Source: Moniliella sp. 'wahieum'
Taxonomy: Eukaryota
NCBI GenBank assembly: GCA_003971905.1
Contig: RSEE01000010.1
Span: forward strand, 186,001 to 250,000
Length of the DNA: 64,000 nt
Direction: 5' to 3'
Shown here: piece after piece, positions 34,816 to 48,905 of the stretch
Position numbering within the stretch: the first letter of the stretch is position 1
Layout of the letters: the number at the start of each line of letters is the position of its first letter
Notes under the pieces: generated by a model
Database searches by the model: none
The model's input: the letters and a program-made list of their open reading frames with translations, nothing else
What the model was told of the DNA's origin: nothing
Program-made: the position numbers and the translations under genes

Positions 34816-35406
34816 GACCCCCGAATTAGACGGTCTTTTCAGGAAAGCGGCTGCGGCCTGCTGCGCCCCTGTGCCGATGGGCGCTGGGGCAGTGTGTATA
34901 CTTGCCTTGCTTTCAAAATATGAACTTCCTGTTTGGGCTCCTTGGCCTTTCCTAGTCCCCTTCGGCGTTGGACATCGGAGATCATCGATGCCCTCCATCA
35001 CCGGATCACCACGCACCGGATACCAGCACCTGATCGGATGCTAAGGCCTCTGCGGCGCTGCTGTGTCGGACTGCACAGCTCACAGCTACATGTCACAGCC
35101 CCTCTGTCCCACCTCCAGATAGCACAGCCAGCCACTGCCCACCACGACACAGCGCCCAGTGCAGCACAGACATTCTCCAAGCCTCTTGTTCACCAAGCCA
35201 AGTCCTGGGTTTTACTGTTGCCCCTATACTGATGCCAAGCCCATCGGTATACTCCTGCTTTCCATCCCGCCTGCTGCCTCCTTGGGCCTTCACCTTGACG
35301 GCCTGCGCTCGGTCCGCCCTGTCCTGCTTGGTCTTGTCCCTTTCCCTCTCCCTCCCCCTCTCCACCTCCACCTCCACCTCCATTGCCACCATTACCTCCA
35401 TCTACC

Positions 35407-38400
35407 ATGACCACTACCGTCTCGTCTTCACCGCGTCCGCCTCATCCACCCCCTCCGCTCGCCCGCCGCACTGGCCTTTCTGGCTTCTGGCGCAAGCTCA
35501 TTTCTCCAGGGGAACCCCGCACTGTGTCTGCCCTGTCCCTTCTACACCTGCTGCCCCTACTCCGGCCATTTCTCATCGTTACAGTCGTCTTGCCCTCTTC
35601 CGAAAGCGTACGAACACGCCCGGACCTGCATCATCCTTGCCTGCGTCTTCCCCTTCCACCTCGGGCAAACTCGCCCCCTCACCGCCCCAACCAGCTCCTT
35701 TACGCCGCTCTTCCTCATGCACCCCTTCCTCTCGGCTCGGAACATTCACCTCCACCCTGCCAGAGCGCCCCCACTCGTCTCTTTCAATTCAACCGCCCGC
35801 GTCGGTGGGCCAAAGCTATTTTCCCCCACTTTCCGCGAGCGAAAAATCTGTCGTCCGTTTGCCTCGGTCAACAAGCGAGAGTTATCTCCCTGAATTGGTC
35901 TTCAGCGCACCTTTGGTTTCTTCTGACCTGCGCCACACAGGTTCGGTGAAGGAACAAGAGGGTCTTCTATACTCTCCGCGTTCGACCGCCGTTACTGGCA
36001 ACAATCAACCGGCGCCCCTGCCCTCCTATACAGGCAGTCCTGCTGCTGCACTGTCTAACAAGACCATGAGCAGTGATTTGCCCGAGACCAGCTCAAATGA
36101 GCTCACAAGCGCAACCAACTTCACCTCTCCCCAGTCCGTCTCGTCTGGTCTTGAAGAACCAGAGTCACCTCCACCCTCGCCTCTGTTCCAAACCAGTCCG
36201 TCAGTCACACTTCATCAGGCATCTAGCCCGGTCATTGCCTCTACCGTCCCTTCCGAGTCGGCATCAACGAAAGATTCAATTCGGTGCGGGTCGCTCAACT
36301 CTGCCAAGGTGGCGTCCCAAGACCGATGGGCACCTAAGCCTTTGGGACCCTTTTCGCCTGACACCGTTCCGGGGCGAGAGAACGCATTGCCAGCCATCGC
36401 ATGGGCGACGATTGAACTGGCTCTACCCAAGTTCCGCCAAGCTACCCAGCGTCTAGAGGCCGGGGGCCGCTCATTTGAGAGGGCCAAACTTTTACGTCTC
36501 GTACTCCAGTCCTTCCTGCGCATGGAGCAAGAACGACCGCTGGTTCGCCCCGATCTACCATCTGCACCCTCCACTCCCCAGAGCAAGCCGGTGAGTCTGT
36601 CTGAATTTACTTCGAGCGAACCTCCCTCGCCCGTCGTATCAGCCATGGTCATTTCGCCGATCGTGCCTTCGCCACCGACCCCTACCGCCTGTTGGGCAAG
36701 CAAGCCCGTGCTGCCCCACACCGTCCAAGCAGCGTTCGTCTGATCAGGATTTCCAACGGTACAATGACCCACGTTCCCGCCGTGCTTTGCTCCTCGACTG
36801 GATTTCCGAACTAATGCGGTCCGTCAAGACAGCCCAAATGGCAGCGGACCGTATGGCAATGTTGGAGAGCATCAACCTTCTATTCGAGGCCCGCAATCTG
36901 AGCATGGATGCCCTCCAAAGTCCAGAGGTAGAACCAGCGGAGCGGGAGCGATTCGACGACATGCTCTACTTCTGCTTGGAATATGCCGTCGGCGAGTTGA
37001 ATCACAAGGGTGTCTATCACACCAACCTTGTCTTTGGTGGACGGCTCCTCTCTCTGGCTTTGGTGCGCATCCCAGGTGTGGCAAACAAACTTCTTGGTGC
37101 TCTTCCCATCTCGCGTGCCGTGCTCGATCGCGTAGCCGAGGAAACAAAGTGGAAGGAGCTTTGCCCTTCTGGCGCAACATGGGAGGAGTTCCTGGCGTTT
37201 TTCCCAGAGCACTTACATGCAATCTGCTTTGATGATGCCCGCTCCTACCTCTCGCGCGTGAACCCTACTCGCCGTCCAAAAGGTCTTGAGGAGAACGGGA
37301 TGGACAACACCTCGAACCGGCCCATGGTATACTTGGTTCAGCACAAGGGCCAAGGAATCGCCATGGAAGGAAACTGGCTCCGTCGATTCAAATCGGACGA
37401 CTCGGAGGTAATCTTTTCCTTTTTGCGCAATGTTCATCGTCAAATTGATCGGTTGGTGCGCAATAACCTCCCTTCTGAATGCCATTCCCTTTTATTTGGC
37501 GCCCCGGGACTTGCCCACGTTACCGCCTCGATTCACCAAAAGAGCCTTTCGTTGGTTCACCGATCACTCACATCTGTTACCAAGCAAGTATCTGGTGGAG
37601 CCTTGTGAGTACCTTGTCTCATGTCATGCTCACATTCATCAACCGTTGTATGCTAACACATTATTCTCTTCAGTAACCCTGCGGGTGAAACAGCCAATGT
37701 TCTCCTTGGTAGCACCACAGGCAAACCCAAACACCTTGTGACTGCCACGAACCATTGCGTCTCAGCGGTGGTTGACGCTGTCACCTTCGAGATTTGTTAC
37801 CATCGAACCAACAAGCGTCTTCTGTTCTCTTTCTCCCCAGTATCCAGTGGCACATTTCCCTCCTCATCAAGCGTACTTCGCTGCATGATGTTCAAAGTGT
37901 GTTTTGTCTTTTGGATTGGCTTGACACCCTGATGGAAGCGCTGGCTAAGCTGCGCTTGCCAATTGCCCACGTTGTCGATGTGGACTTTATCATCTCTGTT
38001 ATCCGTCGCATTCTGCTTGAGACTGACCACATCGTGACGCTGATGCGGACAATCTCCTTTTGCTACACCAACTTTGCCATGTTCATGTCCACCCCTGTCC
38101 ACCGTCGCAGCCTGGTGGACGAAACGCTGCTTTCTAGAGAAATCTTTACTAAACTTCTCCTTTCTTGGTCGCCTACTATCCGTGCATATTTTCTCCATGT
38201 GCTCGTCTACCGCTTTGGTCACCTTACCGACTTCGTGTTGCCTCCGGACGACCTAGAAGGCCATTCAACCCAGCACATTGTCATCCTTTTCCACCGTCGG
38301 CTTGAAGAGGTGCGGGAACGGTACCAGCAGCTTCGTGATGAGGCGGGCCCATGCAGTTCCTCGTCCAGTTCCGATTCTGGCCCGGTTGCCGACCTTACCC

Positions 38401-39362
38401 GCATCCATCCTATCAAGTCGGCCTCGGACGAGCAGCTGCTGTTCCCTGAAGATGAACCATCGGAACGCCCCAGCACGCCCTTGCCCAAAATGGAGGCGAC
38501 CTGGTCGTCCAAATCTGATAAAATCTTGGGTATCGATCGTTCTCAATCCGTCCCGCGTCGCCGCCGGTCTAGCTGGTTGCTTGGTCTACGAAAAATGTCA
38601 GGAATGGAGGCATCAGGCGATGCTGTCCTTGCCTCTCCTGGTGAGGACAATGGGGGACGCTCAACGCCTACGCCTACGCCTACGCCTCCACGGTCTGACC
38701 AGCAGTACCCGAGCACACTTTCCGACACTGGCCTTCGGCGCTCCAAGTCCTTCTCCTCCAGCTCTAGCCTGCCCGTGCCCCCGATGCACGCAATGGGGCA
38801 CGCTTTCTCGTCCGAAGAACACCTTGCGGAAAATGCTGCGTTTGACCTGCAATCCGAACCTGTCTCCTTGCCCTCGCCCTCACCCTCGCCTACCCACCAC
38901 CGTTCCCTTCGCCCTGCTACCGCCAGCAGCGCCTTCCTTCACCGGGCGAGTTTGGTCCCTGGGCCCGCAGCACGCTTGCTTCCTTCCGGCCCTGCACCCA
39001 CCTCAACTCCCACCTTGTCGCGTTGCAGCTCCCCTGTCCTCCCTTCCTATCCCGGTTTGGACGGTACGGAGGAAGGCTTTGATCGGCGGCTGCAACCGTA
39101 CGCGGTGCAGGTGCTACGCGAGTATGAACAGACCGTTCTTGTACGTTCAATTGTTAACTGCTTTGGTGTGCTTGTTGGGCAGCTGAATCGCTCCCCCCAT
39201 CAAGCACGTGCGTTCATGTGTGTTCATGGTACTGACCCGCCTTTTCCCTCTCGTCAGGAACACGATGCTTTCCTCGCCACGCTCCCGTCGACCAATGCAG
39301 AGACGTCAATCGACGTACCGTTGCTCACTGTTTCCTGGCCGGCTGTGTGGCAGGGGGAATAA
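35407..39362 (+). CDS. DUF1765 / UPF0592 (YDL073W-like) protein; probable introns ~37605-37673 and 39141-39258; frameshifted in this assembly
   Basis: Ser/Pro-rich N-terminus; conserved-looking core GVYHTNLVFGGRLLSLALVRIPGVA, GNWLRRFKSDDSE, LLSWSPTIRAYFLHVLVYRF. The family call is from recalled motif similarity. Start codon uncertain. Confidence 0.7.
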
Positions 39363-40100
39363 TGATCCTTCTCCGTACTTTTTCTTTCCCTTCAGGCTTC
39401 CCCTGTGGTTCCTCTCTGTCATCGATCTCATCTCGATTCTTCTTTGGTTTTGAATCCTGGGCATCTTTTACGTCTTCTCCACCACCGCACACATCTCGCA
39501 CTTTCTCCTGGACCGTCGTGCCATCCGCATCTATTGATCTTGTACACACCGCAATCATCGAAATCATCAGAGCATCAGACCACATATCCATCAAATAGAA
39601 ACCGCGTTCCTGCCAACTGCGCCCGCTGGATTATCGATTACGGGAGAGGCAAGGGGTCGATCGTACCTATGTGAGAGTAAACTGTTGCCGTAGTAATATC
39701 CTCAACACACCACTGATGGTCGCACTCATTCGACCGTTATCCTTTGATGCTGCTGATATTGAGGTCTCCGGATTTTACTACAAGACGAGCTGCGAAGCAG
39801 CCTTCCAACAAAGCGGAGGCCCGAAGGCAAGTGTCTCGCCCCGGTAGATCACAGGCTTCTACGAGTCGGATCGCATCACGACTGCAGTGCTGACTGTCGT
39901 CGTTCAGTCCACCCATTGGCGCAACGAATGAGCTGCATGCATTATGCATCTCAAGAACAAACAGCCCTTCACGAGGGGGGATATCGATCAAAAAAAGCAG
40001 ATGAAAACGCAGCAGGTAACGTAGAAAATGGTGAAAACTCTTGAGCCCATACTGTATTGTATGTATGCCCCAAACGCCGATAGAAAGCAGGAAGTGACAA

Positions 40101-43100
40101 TCAAAGGTAGAGGCACGGACTAGTGGCTACTGTCCGTATTTTCTGGAGATTGAGCTGACACAATGACGTGCGGGAGGCCCACTGATTCGCCGGGGGAGTC
40201 GTGACCGGGCTAGTGGCCATGCGGGGCACGCGGTGGGGTGCTTGAGCGGCTAGGAGCGGGTGGTGATGGTTTGCATGGCCATGGCCATGGCTATGACCAT
40301 GACCATGACCACGGTGAGTAGACGTATGGAGCCCAAGCAAATGGGAAGAGTTGGAGGGATGAGGGTCCCCCGTTTCACGAATGGGACTGGACGAGGGAGA
40401 TTCAGCCAGCGCCTCGCCGTGACCACTGACGGGGCTGGTGGAGGAGCCAAGGACCATGCCGTAGATGCTATTGGTCCATTCGCTTGCTGCGGCCGACAAG
40501 TGTTCTGCCAAGCCGGCCAGCAGCTTGGAGATCGGCGGTTGTCCGGATCCGCTCTCGCTGGTGGTGTGAAGAACCAGTGTCGGTAGAGAACCAAGTGGAG
40601 GACCAGGAGAGGGAAGATCGGCCGCGCTGATGTCCGCGGAGCGACGCGGTGGCTGGCGAGTCTGTTGTGCTTTCCCCGCGCCGCCGATGGCAGTAAAGAA
40701 CTGGCTCGAGAGACGATGCGAGGAACGGCGTGCATGGGGCGAACGCGAATTAGGCGATCCGGGCGACGTACTGCGCTGATACGGCGCCAGTAGGTCCATT
40801 GCTACTCCGGGCGCGTTGAGTGCAAACTCTTGGAGGTTTCCCATCCGTTCCGCCAAGTCGGATGCGATGCCTGTCACTGAGGAAGTCATCGACTCGGTCC
40901 AGCTCAGATCTCCTGAGGGCTGATCGCCTATGCCCATCGTGGGTTCGGCAAATGCCCGGACCGTATCAGCAGCCGCGACAGGCTGGGAATGAACCAAGAC
41001 CCAGTACGGTATCGCGGGTCTCGGACCCCCCTTCGACCAAAGGAGCCCCGGCAGCCGCAGTGGCTGCGGCCGCCGCGGCGGAGGCGGCAGCTACGGCAGC
41101 TGCAGGGTCCGTCTCATCGAGTGTAGGGGAAGGTGCCGGGTCCGCACCAGGGACAATGTACGTCGTACCCTCGAGATGGTTCGCCACGGCCGGGTCGCCA
41201 TACAAGGCAAGCCAGTCGGCGGCCTTGAGGGCTTCAGAAGATTTACGCTCCACCTCATCGACCGATGCACCTGCCTGCATCTCAGCAATTTCACGCTCGA
41301 GGGTTCCAACGCATGAAATCCGGCCCACCACATGGCGGATGAGATGGCCATCTTTTTGACGATAGAGCCATGTGACCTTACCCTGGCCGTCAAGGGTGCC
41401 GTTGCGATGGTAAATTGTCTGTCCACGAACGTAAGGCTCGAGGTCAAACTGGGCCACCCGCAGCTGCTTGGCAATCATAGCCCGCTTGTTGAGAACGGCC
41501 AAATCCTTCCCTTCTGAATCAATCCACAGTCGCGTCGCCTCCTCGTACTCAGCCGCCAAACCAGTGTATACCGCCTTGGCCTGGGCGTAGCCCTCTTTGT
41601 CATCCAACAAGCTGTTCTCCCCTGGGATAGGCTCGAGGAACTGGAAGCCATTGTCCACGTTACCTCCCAAGGCTGCGAGAAGACGCCCAGGGGGGACAAC
41701 CTCGGCACAGTCCCTGGCTGAAGAAGAGAATATAATCTTGGACCGTACGACCGGATCAAGCATGGGTGCAATCCCTTTCCAAATGCCCGAGAAGAGCCAA
41801 GGAGCGTTGTGGACAAAAAGGGTACCGAGACACTCAGGGTAAAACGACTCGAAGCACTTGATGATGAATCCCACCGTGTTCCAGTCCACTGAAAACAAAT
41901 GTTAGTCTCTGTATATGTGGGGAAATGGATGAAATACGGGCGAGAGAAAGAAGGAAAAGTGGAGGGCATGACGTACTCGACTTTAATCCGAATCCGGTCA
42001 GGTCAAAGAACAAAGTCGCTTTCTCTTGTGGTGGTGACATGAGCAGCGCGGAATGTCTCCATTGCATACACGACATATTTTTCCATGGTCTCGGGGGGCT
42101 GGGCCGAGGTGATGTGCTTGGCAACATGAATGTAACAGATAGGTTGTTGAGTCATCGAAGTGCCCTTGGCATAGGTTTTAGCCACCCGTTGCTGATCGAG
42201 AAACTTGTCGTACACGGCCGCGTTGCCCAAGTCACCGCCTCGGACGAGAGCCTCCACATCATAATCCATCCGCCACTTGATGCAATCAATTGCCATCACC
42301 AAAGCATCGGAAACAACCCATTTGCGAGCACGAAGGAAGCGCAGGAAGAGAGAGTCCGGATGATCCATCTTGATAAACTCCCAAATATGCTCAACGGCCG
42401 TGGTCCCATAAGCATCAACGAGGGAGGCGAGAACAGGTTTTACCTCTTCGATAACCGCGTTGCCGCTAGGGTCATCGCTGGGCCCTGCATCGGCCACCGA
42501 TGTGGATGAAGACGAAGACTCAACATAGCGCTTGCACGCAAAGTAGGCGGCCCACAAGTCTCGGAGGTGTTGTTTTTGTTCCTCGGTCAAGTTGCCTACC
42601 GATCCTGGAGAAGCAGACGCTTCCTCCTGCCCCACTTCAAGTGCCATTGCCCCCCCAATCTTACGATACGGCTTGCCGGGAAGACGGCGGGCAGATGATC
42701 CACTTGTTGGCTTCTTTTCTCCTCCCGCCACAGGCGTGTTCGCAACAGTGTTAGTGCCGGTGGCGGTGGCATCCCCGTATCATCAGGCATCTCAGACAAA
42801 GCAGAGGCAAATGAGTCCGTCGACTTGACGCTAACGGTTGAGTCGCGTCGAATTGCAACGGGACGAGCCAGAGGCGGTGGACTGGTGGGGGCTGTTGGTG
42901 TCGTGGCAGCGACAGCGGTAGAGGAGAATGCTCCCGATAGGTTGGGCATACTCCGCTCAGAGGGCAGAGCAGGAGCAGAATGGGAATCAGCCTCATTATG
43001 TAGCGGGGGAGCCGAGTGGTCTCGAGGGGGGGATACTTCATCAGGAATGTGAACATGATCCGCCCCCTCTATCGTTACTGCGAGCTCCACGGAACCATAG

Positions 43101-44774
43101 AGGGCGACCCAATCTTGGTCTTGTATCGCCTTGCGGGTCTTAGCTTCAGCCTCATCCACCGTCAAGCCCAACTGCTCCACATCGTTCACCTCCCGACGTA
43201 ACGTGGGAGCCGCATACGCCCGCCCACACACCTGTCGCAAGACCGACCCATCTGGCTGGGGATATAACCAAGTAACCAACCCCCGTCGATCGATCACTCC
43301 TGTGCGGTCAAACGAGGTCTTAGGTCGATAGTACGGTTCCATGTCCCAATGCGCCACGCGGATCTTTTTGGCCAACAGCCTCCTCCGAGCCAAGATCGGA
43401 GCGTCTTCCACCGAGGTAGTGGAAGTGGCACACCACTCCTTTGTGGCAGCCAAAAAGGCAAGCCATGCATCGTCACGCTTGGCCAGCAACGAGGCGTACG
43501 TCTCCGTGTCCTCCACCAACGAGTCATCACCGGGTTGAGGATGAGGATATTGGTAAGTGAATTGAGCCTTGCCGCCCAGGCTGGCGATAAAGCGGTCGAT
43601 CGGGATGACCTGCGCGGCATCGGCGGGCTTCTTGATAAAATTGACCTTGGCGCGTACAACTGGATCGAGCATTGGCGCGAGGCCCTTCCATATGCCATTG
43701 AAAACCCAAGGAGCATCCAGAACATAGAGCGTACCCAGACTCTCGGGATAGTACTTCTCCAGAATAGACAAAACATAGCTTAGGGTCGCCCAATCCATGT
43801 TCCTTAGCGCAGTAGGGAATGTCAGTATGCGCGCAAACTTCTACCACAGATAGACAACTTACTTGAAGCCAAACCCGTCTAGGGAGAAGAGCAGCGACAC
43901 CTTGTCAGCCGGCGGCATCATAACTAGCCGAAAGGATTCCACCGCAAACTGGATGTACTTTTGCATCGTCTCCTCGGGTTGTCCGCTGCCGAGATGCTTT
44001 TTGACAATGATGTACGTGACAGGCTGCTCAGAGACGGTAGACCCTATGCAAATGCCTTGCCTGAGGCGGCTTGGTCGGCAAAGTTGGGCAGCGCTTGCGC
44101 AGTTTTCGCCTCACCAGCACGGATCAAGGACTACCAGTATGGTGGTAAGCGCAAGCCTCCCACATTCAAGAAAAACAACATACCTCCAGATCATTGTCGA
44201 GACGCCATTTGAGAGTACCAGTTAGCATATTGAGCGCGGCCTGAACCTCCCACTTGCGGGCGCGCAGGAAACGGCAGAAAAGGGAATCAGGATCGTCCAT
44301 TTTGGCCAGATCCCACAGGGCCCGCTCTACTTCCGGACCTGAGTAGGCCGCTAGGAGCGCATCGACCATCTCTGAGGCCGAAGAAGCACCAGGGGTTTCC
44401 GTTGCGGCCCCTGCCTTGGTTGGTGTGGTGGGGTTTGAAACAGCAGCATTAGGGACAACAGGAGAGGAGGGCGACGGGGAGTGAGGGGGAGCCACGGGCG
44501 AGTTGGAAGAGGATGAAGGGAGGAGGTGGGATTGGTCGGCAGATGCGCGATCGAACATCGCATGCCATGCCGACCACATGTCGCGCAGAAGGGCGAGCTG
44601 GGTGGGCGAAAGGTTGCCTGAATGCACCATGACACAGAGGAAGGGTCAATGCCAGCGGCTCACTAGCGCAAGCACAGGAGGAGTAGGGGGATGCAGAGTA
44701 GCAGACAACAGCGTACCAGGATAGCCAGGCGCCGGAGCCTGCATTAAGTTGGGGATCTCCTTCGGCGTCGACAT
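40101..44774 (-). CDS. Sec14/CRAL-TRIO lipid-transfer protein (Csr1-like) with two tandem modules; introns 44716-44618, 44183-44131, 43862-43803, 41976-41889
   Basis: Module 1: GNLSPTQ..KMDDPDSLFCRFLRARKW..GFGFKNMDW..YPESLGTLYVLDAPWVFNGIWKGLAPMLDPVVRAKVNF. Module 2: GNLTEEQ..KMDHPDSLFLRFLRARKW..GFGLKSMDW..YPECLGTLFVHNAPWLFSGIWKGIAPMLDPVVRSKIIF. One gene versus two is not certain. Confidence 0.8.
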
Positions 44775-47700
44775 GGCTGCGAAGCCGTTGGGAACGGGCA
44801 AGAGGGGAAGAAGCGGCGGCGGGCGGTCGAGTGGTGACGCCGAGGGTGGCGTGGCGTTGAGGCGCTGAAGCGCGGAGGTTGGGGCAAGGCGGTCTGGTGA
44901 ACGTTCAGTTGAACGTTCATGTTCATGTCCAATGTTCAATTCAACGAGCAGGTCAATGCGCAGGCCATGATCAGAGACAGTGCGCAGGCGCGAGCCACAC
45001 GGCCTGCAGTTTCAATTTCACGCTCGTCCATGCGCCAAGCGTGTGATACGAGCAGACCCCGATGCCAAGCGATAATCGAGCTCAAAAGCAAGGTGGTCAG
45101 CCGGTCGGATCAGATGATTGATAGGGATTGATTGCTAGTGGAGCCCAAGTAGAGAGAAGCGGAGAGGAGGAGGGAGTGGAAGGAAATGGGAGGGAGTCGG
45201 AAGAGTATGAAGACGAAGCTATCTTGGATCCATCCGACGCTTACAGGAGGCGCATCTGTTGACCTCTTGTCGTTACCATGTGCGGCCAAGCGCTGCTCGA
45301 GGTGAAGTGACATCATGCACCATGCATCATGTGTGATCTGCGGTGATGTTTTTCTGACGTGGCGTGTCCGACTCCATGTGATGCGCCACCGCCGCCTTGA
45401 TGATTTGATTTCTTTCGACCACCATTTCCTTGTGCTGCTCTGTGAGCTCCTCCTGGGTATTAATAGCATTAGCTGCCGCTCATCCTGGGGGTAATAGCAT
45501 CAGCTGCCAGACTTCCGCCCAGGTGGAGTCAGCGAATGATGGAAGTGGCTAGGAACGTTATAGGGTCCAGCTAATGATTAATGACACGCAGCAGTGCACT
45601 GTGGACGGTCTGTATATATAGTGTCCCAACATGTGATTCGAAGACAAAGACGAGACACATCATGCATGGCAGGCAGGCAGGGCCGGATGGGCGAACAGAG
45701 AATATACAGACCAAGCGGGACACAGCGATGGGAACCAAAAAACAGAAAAGGTGTCCCTCGTCAAGCGCGTCAGGTAACCATCCAGCGGCAGGAAAACGCA
45801 CCCGAAGCAGCTTGTGGGCAACACAAAAGAGGGTATAGAGGAAATGGGAGGGGGAAAGCAGACGCGACATGGGAACACAACAGTGAAACTCTTCGCTACG
45901 TATTAATGATCAAGTCTGGAGGGTAGCAGGAATGGGGGATATAGGTCGCGAGCAGTCCGAATCCGAGTCAATGGCCGAGGAAAGCGCGGTGCGGCCAACT
46001 CGGAGCATTCAACTCGCATGCTCCGCACCATAGCACGCGGATCCTTGGGCAGGTCAGATCTGGCGAAAGCAGCGGCCCGCCGCTGCTGCTGCTGCGGGTG
46101 ACAAGGAGCTTCGACTGTACGCAAGCCCGTGGCTGCCGATCTCGACAGCACCCATAGACGATAAAGGTGTTAGTCCAGTAGGAAGGGAGCGAGTCCCGCC
46201 CTCCGATATTGAAGCTGCCCGCGCCTCCCTCTGTCTTCGAGCCGCCGCCGCAGCAGCAGCAATCGACGCACGCTGCTCTGTCTTATCCGAGGAAGACAAC
46301 GAGGAAGAAGTGTGGAACCAGGATTGGGCGATACGACGGTCAATACCCCAAACGAGGAGGAGAGTCATGATCTGGGTTAATCAAGTATGACTGAGGATTA
46401 TGCGCAATCCTAGCGTCTTGTCCGTGGGAGTAGCAGGAAGAATCCATGTTTCCGTAATCGTGCCGCTGAGCTTGAGCTTGAGACAGTCCCCATGTACTCA
46501 TAGGAGCGTTGTGCTCCTGTGGACAAGCAATGGACGAGGCAGCCTGGTGGGCGTAAGACTCAAGTGAGGGTTTGCACCGACGTGCTCTGAAAATGTCCTG
46601 AAAGCATGTCCGGTCGGTATGGTCAGATATACTCTCCTACAGCCTCTGTCTGCGCGCTCAGAGAGCCCAGTACACCCAGCTACTCAGTATATGAAGTAGT
46701 CTATACTCGCCTCGCAACACGGTCCATAGCCTTTCTGCGGAAATTAGCCAAGACTCAAGAAACGCACCGCCCACCACTGGTCGCTTCTCGCTCACCCCGC
46801 GTTTCCTCTTCTTGACAGCTCGTAGCCACCCAATTACAAAGTGTTGCACATTATTGGACCATTGATGAAGCCCCTCTGGCTCCCGCCATTCGGTTGCGAA
46901 TGTGTATATACGAACCATATGGCCACTGGGCCTGTGGCTCTGCGTTTGGGTCTTCCTGTTCGGGGTATCACCACGGATTGTCCGCCGTTCCATGAATTTT
47001 ATGGCCGTCGATGTATACCACCTTTCGGGTTACCCCTCAGCCTCCATGTTCCCTGTTCCCTATTCCCTCCCTGCTTCCCTGCTTCCCTGAAGGGATTATA
47101 GTATGGTCCATCTCCTTCTCTTATCTATCAAACTCTCCTGTGTTCTATTACTCTCAGTATTCCATAGTATATACGCTTTGCTTTTCTTACTACGGTCGCC
47201 GTTTCTCTTCTTCCTTCGCATGACCTATAATGTTCTTTGAGGGTGTAGGCATATCTGGAATGGAGGCACCCTACCATTTGAAGCTCAGATCTAGAGTAAC
47301 ACATATCAGACTATTCCCTAGCGGAGTAATATGTCTCGGTGCGCACCAATTGGAGGACATCACACGTCAAGGTCCCGTAATGGGAAAGCACTGCTACACG
47401 TCTTAGCACATGTTGATGCCCCCTGGACGGGAGAGCAAGAGTTCACCTATATGCACAGTCGACCAAACAGTCGACCAAAAATCTACATTCTGGAGAGAGA
47501 TACATCAAGTCTAACATCAGATTATCATTAGTTCTCCAATCCTACGACAGAGGACGTGGATTCGATGGTTGCGGTCGGCACGTACTGTGAACAAAAGGTG
47601 GCCACCATTTTTACTGTGTGGGCATAAACTACTAGTGGTCCAAACCCCTCAGCCTTTGTTATGCCACCGTCGTGGCTCCGGTCTGATGAGGACTGGAGTC

Positions 47701-48289
47701 CGGATGGTCCTCTCGATGGTGATGCCATCGCACTGGTGGAGGTGATGGTCTAAGCCAACCCGCAACGCCTACGGAGGAACATCAAGCAGCGAGTTCGCCA
47801 CCAGCAGGGCCTAAGCTGCGGAACAAGGAAAACAGAAGGAGAGAGAAAACAACAGGTGTACTCCTATAGGCCTGAGGATGAACTCATGGGACATTATTGG
47901 CCAAAAAGCACAAGCCACCCGGTGGCTCAACACCGTCTCATGAAAGGTCTGTGGGATCAGCTACCAGTCGCTCTCTCGATTCCCCATCTTCATTGTCCAT
48001 GTTGCCGCTATAGAATCACTAGATGCGCTTATCGCGGGGTCGGGTGGCCAACACACGCGGGACCGTTGACCGTGTGTGGTGCGTTTTTTTTTTCTTGCAA
48101 AAGCCCGCAGGAACCCGAAGGTATATTGGGTGGTGAGCCCCTACAAAGAGTAGGGCAATGCTATGGCGAGATGGTGGTGTTGGTTGAGATCAACTTTAGC
48201 TTCAAGCTGCCTCCCTGGCATCTGGAGGAGAGAGAGGGGTTCAAAACACACAATCAAGTGATGTATATACACGTGTAGGCTGTGGAGGT

Positions 48290-48905
48290 CATCGTCATCG
48301 ATCATCGGCGTCTTTCAACGTTCAACGTATCTGAGATCTGATGAGTCTCAGATCCTCCGTACTGTTGCCGGACACGGGCATGACATGCATGACATGCACT
48401 GCTGCGCCAATGTCCCTGCGGGCCACGCCAGCGCACTAGCCACGCTCAGATCAGAGGCTATTATTGCCCTGGCTTGCGACGTGCGCCAGTGCGGGAGAAG
48501 CAGAGACCCCCCAGCGGCTGGTAGAATCAGCGTCAGCGCTGCGCAGACGACCGGCATGGTCCCGGCCATGTGCATGTCACATGTCACATGTCCAGCAGTC
48601 GGGCGTATAAGCACTAAGCGTTTCAAAAATGGAGCCACTAAGGATCATCAATCACCGATCAGATCTCAGATCATCGATCAATCAAACCGACGGACTGTCC
48701 AGGTCCCTTAGCTGATTTTCAGAGCATGGGGGCACTCTGTTGCGTGCCAGGTCTGGTCCCATTCGTGGATGCTCCGATTTCAGAGACGACATCGCGGTGT
48801 CACTTGTCACTTCTGCCTCGGTGCCGGACGGCGCCTTGAGCGCTGGGCGCCGCTTGAGCGCTGCTTGCGCCTTCAACTGGAAGGTCAAGCTTGAGCTTGA
48901 GCCAT
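48290..48905. repeat. Palindromic micro-repeat mosaic upstream of ADH
   Basis: TCATCGATCA, TCAACGTTCAACGT, TGAGATCTGA, ATGTCACATGTCACATGT, TCAGATCTCAGATCATCGATCA, TTGAGCGCT x2, TCAAGCTTGAGCTTGA. Confidence 0.8.

Noticed and set aside
45500..48280. Short ORFs, including an Ala/Glu-rich frame near 46120-46390
   Set aside because: No recognisable homology, start context or splice structure; left unannotated.
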